Assembly (NCBI RefSeq): GCF_006345805.1
Contig: NC_043001.1
Location: forward strand, 17,484,001-17,548,000
DNA: 64,000 bases
Source of the DNA: Octopus sinensis
Taxonomy: Eukaryota
Reading direction: 5' to 3'
The notes beneath the pieces are model-generated. The model searched no databases. It saw only the letters and a program-made list of their open reading frames with translations, and was not told where the DNA came from. The first letter of the stretch is position 1; the number at the start of each line of letters is the position of its first letter. Both the position numbers and the translations under genes were made by a program. Of the stretch, positions 58,910 to 64,000 are shown one piece after another.

Positions 58910-59854
58910 ATCATCATCATCGTTTAACGTCCGTTTTCCATGCTAGCATGGGTCAGACAGTTCGACTGGGGTCTGGGAAGCCAGGAGGCTGCACCAGGCT
59001 CCAGTCTGATCTGGTAGTGTTTCTACAGCTGGATGCCCTTCCTAATGCCAACCACTCCGTGATTGTAGTGGGTGCTTTTTACGTGCCACCAGCATGGAAG
59101 CCAGTCAAGGTGGCGCTGGTATCGACCACGTACAGATGGCGCTTTTTACGTGCCAGGGGAGGCTGGCATATATATATAAATTTTTTTTTCCGTAATGAGA
59201 TAAAAAAACCCAAGTCTGTGGAGATTTTAGAACATGGAGACAGTGTGAGAAGATGGTTAAGCAATAGTTAATTTAGATAAGATACGAAATAGAGATTGAG
59301 GTGGAGGAATGAAAATAGATGTGAGATATGCAGGGATATTGTATTTGTAGATACCTTGTGAGTAAAATCCAATAGTATTTAAAATTGGTCATTCCAAGTA
59401 TAGAGTCTATACACAGTGTTATTGAATCAAGGGTTTTATTTTATCTCATTACGGAAAAAAAATTTTTATATACACATGCTGATATATGACCTATGTTGGA
59501 CGCCTTATTTGCATAATCACCGAACCTGGAACTTAACTATGGTCTATCTATAGCACTTACTCAGCATTACCTGACACCTTTGGGTTTCACTGACACCATT
59601 ACCTCTCATAACCTCCATATATATATTGACAATGGGTTTCTTTCAATTTTCTCTTCCAAATCCACTCACAAGGCTTTGGTTGGCCCTGGGCTATACTAGA
59701 AGTCACTTTCCCAAGATTCCACACAGTGGAACAGAATCCAAAACCTGTTTCATCCCAACATGAAATAAAAAAAAAAAGGATCTTCCAGTGCTAATGAAGA
59801 TAACCTAAAGTTGCATGCATCAATTATCAACACAACTGTTCAATTAATAAATAC

Positions 59855-60067
59855 TCTCTCTCTTTACTCTTTTACTTGTTTCAGTCATTTGACTGCGGCC
59901 ATGCTGGAGCACCACCTTTAGTCGAGCAAATCAACCCCGGGACTTATTCTTCGTAAGCGCAGTACTTATTCTGTCGGTCTCTTTTGCCGAACTGCTAAGT
60001 GACGGGGATGTAAACACACCAGCATCGGTTGTCAAGCAATGCTAGGGGGACAAACACAGACACACAG

Positions 60068-60098
<31 letters not shown>

Positions 60099-60295
60099 TC
60101 TATATATATATATATATATATACACATATATACGACAGGCTTCTTTCAGTTTCCGTCTACCAAATCCACTCACAAGGCATTGGTCGGCACCGGGGCTATA
60201 GCAGAAGACATTTGCCCAAGATGCCACGCAGTGGGACTGAACCCGAAACCGTGTGGTGGGTTAGCAAACTACTTACCACACAGCCAATCCTGCGC
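59855..60295 (-). mobile_element. SINE family B
   Basis: Full-length match with internal (TA)n. Confidence 0.85.
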
Positions 60296-61109
60296 CAATC
60301 TTCAATTTTTTTTTTTAAAAACACCAGAGTCACTTGCTGTGAGGTTTTCTTTTAAAACATTTCTCTGTCTTTTGCTTGCAATAAGTTTTCTGAGCTGTTT
60401 TTAGTCAATTTAAATACTTACCATGTAATATGAGAATATTTAGAAGAAAATAATACCCACAAAACTTGTATTAGTACAGCAGTGAAGTGGTAAGCTAAGT
60501 GCCTGCATCTGAGTTAAAACCTTGTCAAGGTCGGTGTTGCTTTTCCTGCTTCTCAGGAAGAGAAGAGGGTTGGAGAAATAAGTCCAAGTCTAATACAGTT
60601 GTATTTTTGTAACTGACTGTTATTGCCTTACCGAATAGCTAAGCAATTAAAATTTTAATATACAGCTTCTTCCATTTCTTCAACCATCCAGCCATCTCTT
60701 TCATTGCTCCTCGCTCTGATGTACACACATATACCTACATACATATATCATCATCATCACCGTCGTTTAACGTCCGTTTTCCATGCTAGCATGGGTTGGA
60801 CGGTTCGACCGGGGTCTGGGAAGCCAGGAGGCTGAGAATACAATATACTGAATTTTTTAATAAGTGCTCTTGGTAAGGAAATGTCTAAAACATTAAAGTA
60901 TTTAGACATTTAATAAAAGCAATTGTATATTATATCACGGAATATGTGCAGGAAAATTGCATCAAAAAATCATCACAGAAGATATACATCCAAAATGATA
61001 AAGGTTTAAAAGTTTATATATTTATATATTTATCTATTAATACAATATTATTTTGGATGTATATCTTCTGTGATGATTTTATGATGTAATTTTTCCTGCT
61101 CTTACTTTA

Positions 61110-61262
61110 TAATATATATAATATATATCACATATATATATAACATATATATATATCACATATATATATATCACATATATATATATCACATATATATATA
61201 TCACATATATATATATCATATATATATATATATATCATATATATAATATATATATATATATC

Positions 61263-61319
<57 letters not shown>

Positions 61320-61495
61320 TATATATATCATAATATATATATATATATAATCATATATATATTATATCATATATATATATATATATATATATATTATCAT
61401 ATATATATATCATATATATATATATATCATATATATATATATATCTATATATATATATATATCATATATATTATATATATATATATTATAGATAC
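61110..61495. repeat. Compound (TA)n/ATC low-complexity tract
   Basis: Seen directly. Confidence 0.95.
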
Positions 61496-61702
61496 ATATA
61501 TTTCATAGATATATTTTATATACGTATATATATTGATATAAAGTTGGTTACTCCAATGCTACATAGTGGATCATTACCTTTCAGTGAAGAAGCTATACTC
61601 CTTTCATGTATTGAGTATTCATTTGTTTCCCATTTGTTTACTTAAAACACACACGCACGCACACACAAACAACTATCTGACTTAGACTTTTCCATGTTTT
61701 AG

Positions 61703-61780
61703 ATACCATAAAACTCGAGATGCCATCATTATCTCCAACAATGACAGAAGGATCCATCGTCAAATGGTACAAGAAAGAAG
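61703..61780 (+). CDS. PDHX: PDHX-like exon 2: start of lipoyl domain ([27 protein letters not shown])
   Basis: ttttccatgttttag| acceptor and AAG|gtaagt donor, phase 1-1. [18 protein letters not shown] is the PDH-complex lipoyl-domain N-terminus. The short presequence and intron positions fit PDHX better than DLAT. Confidence 0.88.
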
Positions 61781-63524
61781 GTAAGTTGTTCTTACCTTGA
61801 AATTTTATTCTTTCACAAATAATTGCAAATGATGAGTGCCATCCATATCTAGTTTTCAGAATGCCATCCTGTGTATGTGTGTGTGTTAGATGAACTGTAT
61901 TCATTGATTCTGCATTTTCAATTAAAAACACCCTATACTGCAATAATTTAGTGCTTAGATTCTTGATTTGTAAGAGGCAAAGACAATAATTAACTATGAA
62001 TAATTAAATATGTTCCTGTGTGTGTATGTCTGTGTGCATGTGTGTGTGTGTGTGTGTGTGCATGTATAGAAAGGAGTGGTAGGTTGGATGTCTACATTTA
62101 AAATTTTGATCAATTTCAGTTTATGAGTTGTCTACCTTGTCCATCATAACAGGAATCACCATTAACGCTTTTTGTTCTTCTATGAAGTTCTTCTTTCATT
62201 TGATTAAGCATCATTTTTGGTTCACTACCTTATATAGCTTCCTTTTAAACCATAAATACTTCATGCAAAACACATCCCTGGGCAATTTTTCCATGTCGTT
62301 ATTTTAAATTGCTTAATTAGTGCTTTCATTCAGAATTGCAATCCTCTCTTGTGGTGAATAGTGTACTCTTAAGGTTGTGCATTGCTGATGAGTTCTAATG
62401 AGAATGAAACATGTTCAACATTGTCATTGTACTCATCAAAGATCAGACACAAACTCGACTTTGGGTCTCCATCTTCTTTTTAATCTGTACATGTAAGTAT
62501 ATGTATATATGGAGAGTTTACGAAAAAAAACAAAAGACGAAGACAGGTGGTGTACAAAACAAACAGATGTATTAGTATAACACTCAGGAACAGAAAAAGT
62601 CTTTTACGTTTCATGCCTACACTCTTCCACAGAAAGGTACACAGAAAGAAACAAGGAGAGAAAAAAATGTGTGTAGTGGCTAACGATCTATCATGGCGAC
62701 TGCCGGACAGAAGGGTCACACACGAGAGGTGGTAAGAAGTAGGGGAGATAACAGAGTAAAGATGACCCCCAACACAAACGTGCGTGCGTGTATAAGAGAG
62801 TATGTATGTGCGTGTGAAAGAGGGCTGGTGGTCTGGACGTGTGTGCGTGTGTGTATGTGTAAGTGTGAAAATGTGGGGACGGGTGTGTGGGTGGTGTGTT
62901 GTGTAATGTTGTCTGGTGTAGTGTGGTGTGATGTTGTTGGGAGGTGGGGGAGGCGAGAGTGGGGAAAGCACGAGTGGGGTGTGGGTTCGGCTGAGGGTTG
63001 GGGTAGAGTTGGGGGTTTGTGGGTAGGCAGAGGGTGGGGGTAAAAATTAAAATGGCATTGATGATGATACATACATGTATATATGTATCATCATCTCATC
63101 AATGCCACTTTAATTTTAATGTCTTGTTTTTGATGCTTTCCATGAGTCGGATTAGACTATACCAAGGCAGAATTTTCATACAGCTGGATGCTCTTGCTGA
63201 CCCTCACCTGTTTCCAAGGAAGGTAATAATTCCTAAGTCTATCAAACAACGAAGAGCCCAGGTACACTTTTGCGGAGGATTGCAAATAAATGGCGCCACC
63301 TGTACAAAAATAATGAAGCTTTTGTTTACAAGCAGTGCATGTGCAAGGAAGAAATGCAAAATCAGTTGCGCATGTGCATGCACATCTGAGTTTGTATTTC
63401 CTTATATATCACTCATTCAGGCCCTTGGCCCCTCCTTAAGCATAGGCCCTCCTTCTCTCACATAATCATATCCTGCTGTTTTAAATCAGGAGAGGACGTA
63501 CTAAATGACCTAGTTCAAAATACA

Positions 63525-63958
63525 TGAGGAATATATGAAGCGACTAGAATCCTTCGATCACCTCTGTCTACACCGCATCCTTCGTGTCCGATGGCATCAC
63601 TTTGTCTCCAACAATTCGGTGCAACACCAGTGCAGAATCACCTCCCTCCAACAAGTCATCCTAACGAGACATCTGCGTTGGCTGGGTCATGCCTTCCGTC
63701 GCAATTTCCGCAGCTCCCTCCCCTTCAGGGCTGGCGAAAGCGATGTGGTGGACAACAAGAAACCTGGCTGATGACAGTCGAGGCCCCCATATCTATGGCA
63801 TTTGCTGCTGGAATAAGGTGTGGTTGGAGATCACGTGGTCGTTAGCCTCAAATCGCCAGGTCTGGTCGGCGTTTGTGAGAGATGCAGCATTGAGGATGTA
63901 TGAAGCCAGCTCAACCCACCCCGGGTGAATGCTGTCTCAAGTCAAGTCAAGTCAAGTT
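63525..63958 (+). mobile_element. RTE-clade LINE 3' fragment with (CAAGT)n tail
   Basis: RLESFDHLCLHRILRVRW...LRWLGHAFRR; WSAFVRDAA...STHPG* then caagtcaagtcaagt. Confidence 0.88.
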
Positions 63959-64000
63959 CAAAATACCCCTATAAAGATGGGATGGTCAGAAGTGGAATAC

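Noticed and set aside
60410-60720. Consensus minus-strand donors (gtaagt at about 60420, gtaagg at about 60630)
   Set aside because: The candidate exons contain stops or lack acceptors; no coherent minus-strand gene.
62480-63072. 100-160 aa ORFs on both strands
   Set aside because: They are GT/CA-rich low-complexity sequence; no ETDKA-containing PDHX exon 3 was found in 61781-64000.

Overview
This is AT-rich, repeat-dense animal DNA. It is most likely from an octopus or other coleoid cephalopod, inferred from its tRNA-derived SINE families. Two + strand protein-coding genes can be rebuilt from splice signals and frame continuity. (1) A complete 17-exon DEAD-box RNA helicase, DDX51/Dbp6 (CDS 9214-41462, 2250 nt, 749 aa plus stop; all introns GT-AG, all phases consistent), including a 22-nt microexon. 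(2) The first two coding exons of a PDHX-like mitochondrial lipoyl-domain protein (48376-48502 and 61703-61780), which continues beyond the window. The rest is SINEs (three main families), RTE, R4/Dong-like and Tx1-like LINE fragments, a Tc1 relic, hAT-, piggyBac-, mariner- and pogo-type MITEs, non-autonomous Helitrons and microsatellites. The most striking unexplained structure is a set of minimal hammerhead-ribozyme folds in Penelope-like, inversion-prone repeats. One family is fused behind a tRNA-derived SINE head. One family, seen in three copies, has a compensatory G3:C8 swap of the catalytic-core pair. One sits in sense orientation at the tip of a 38-bp hairpin in a DDX51 intron. All calls come from manual reading. 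No database search or folding program was run, and family names come from remembered consensus motifs.
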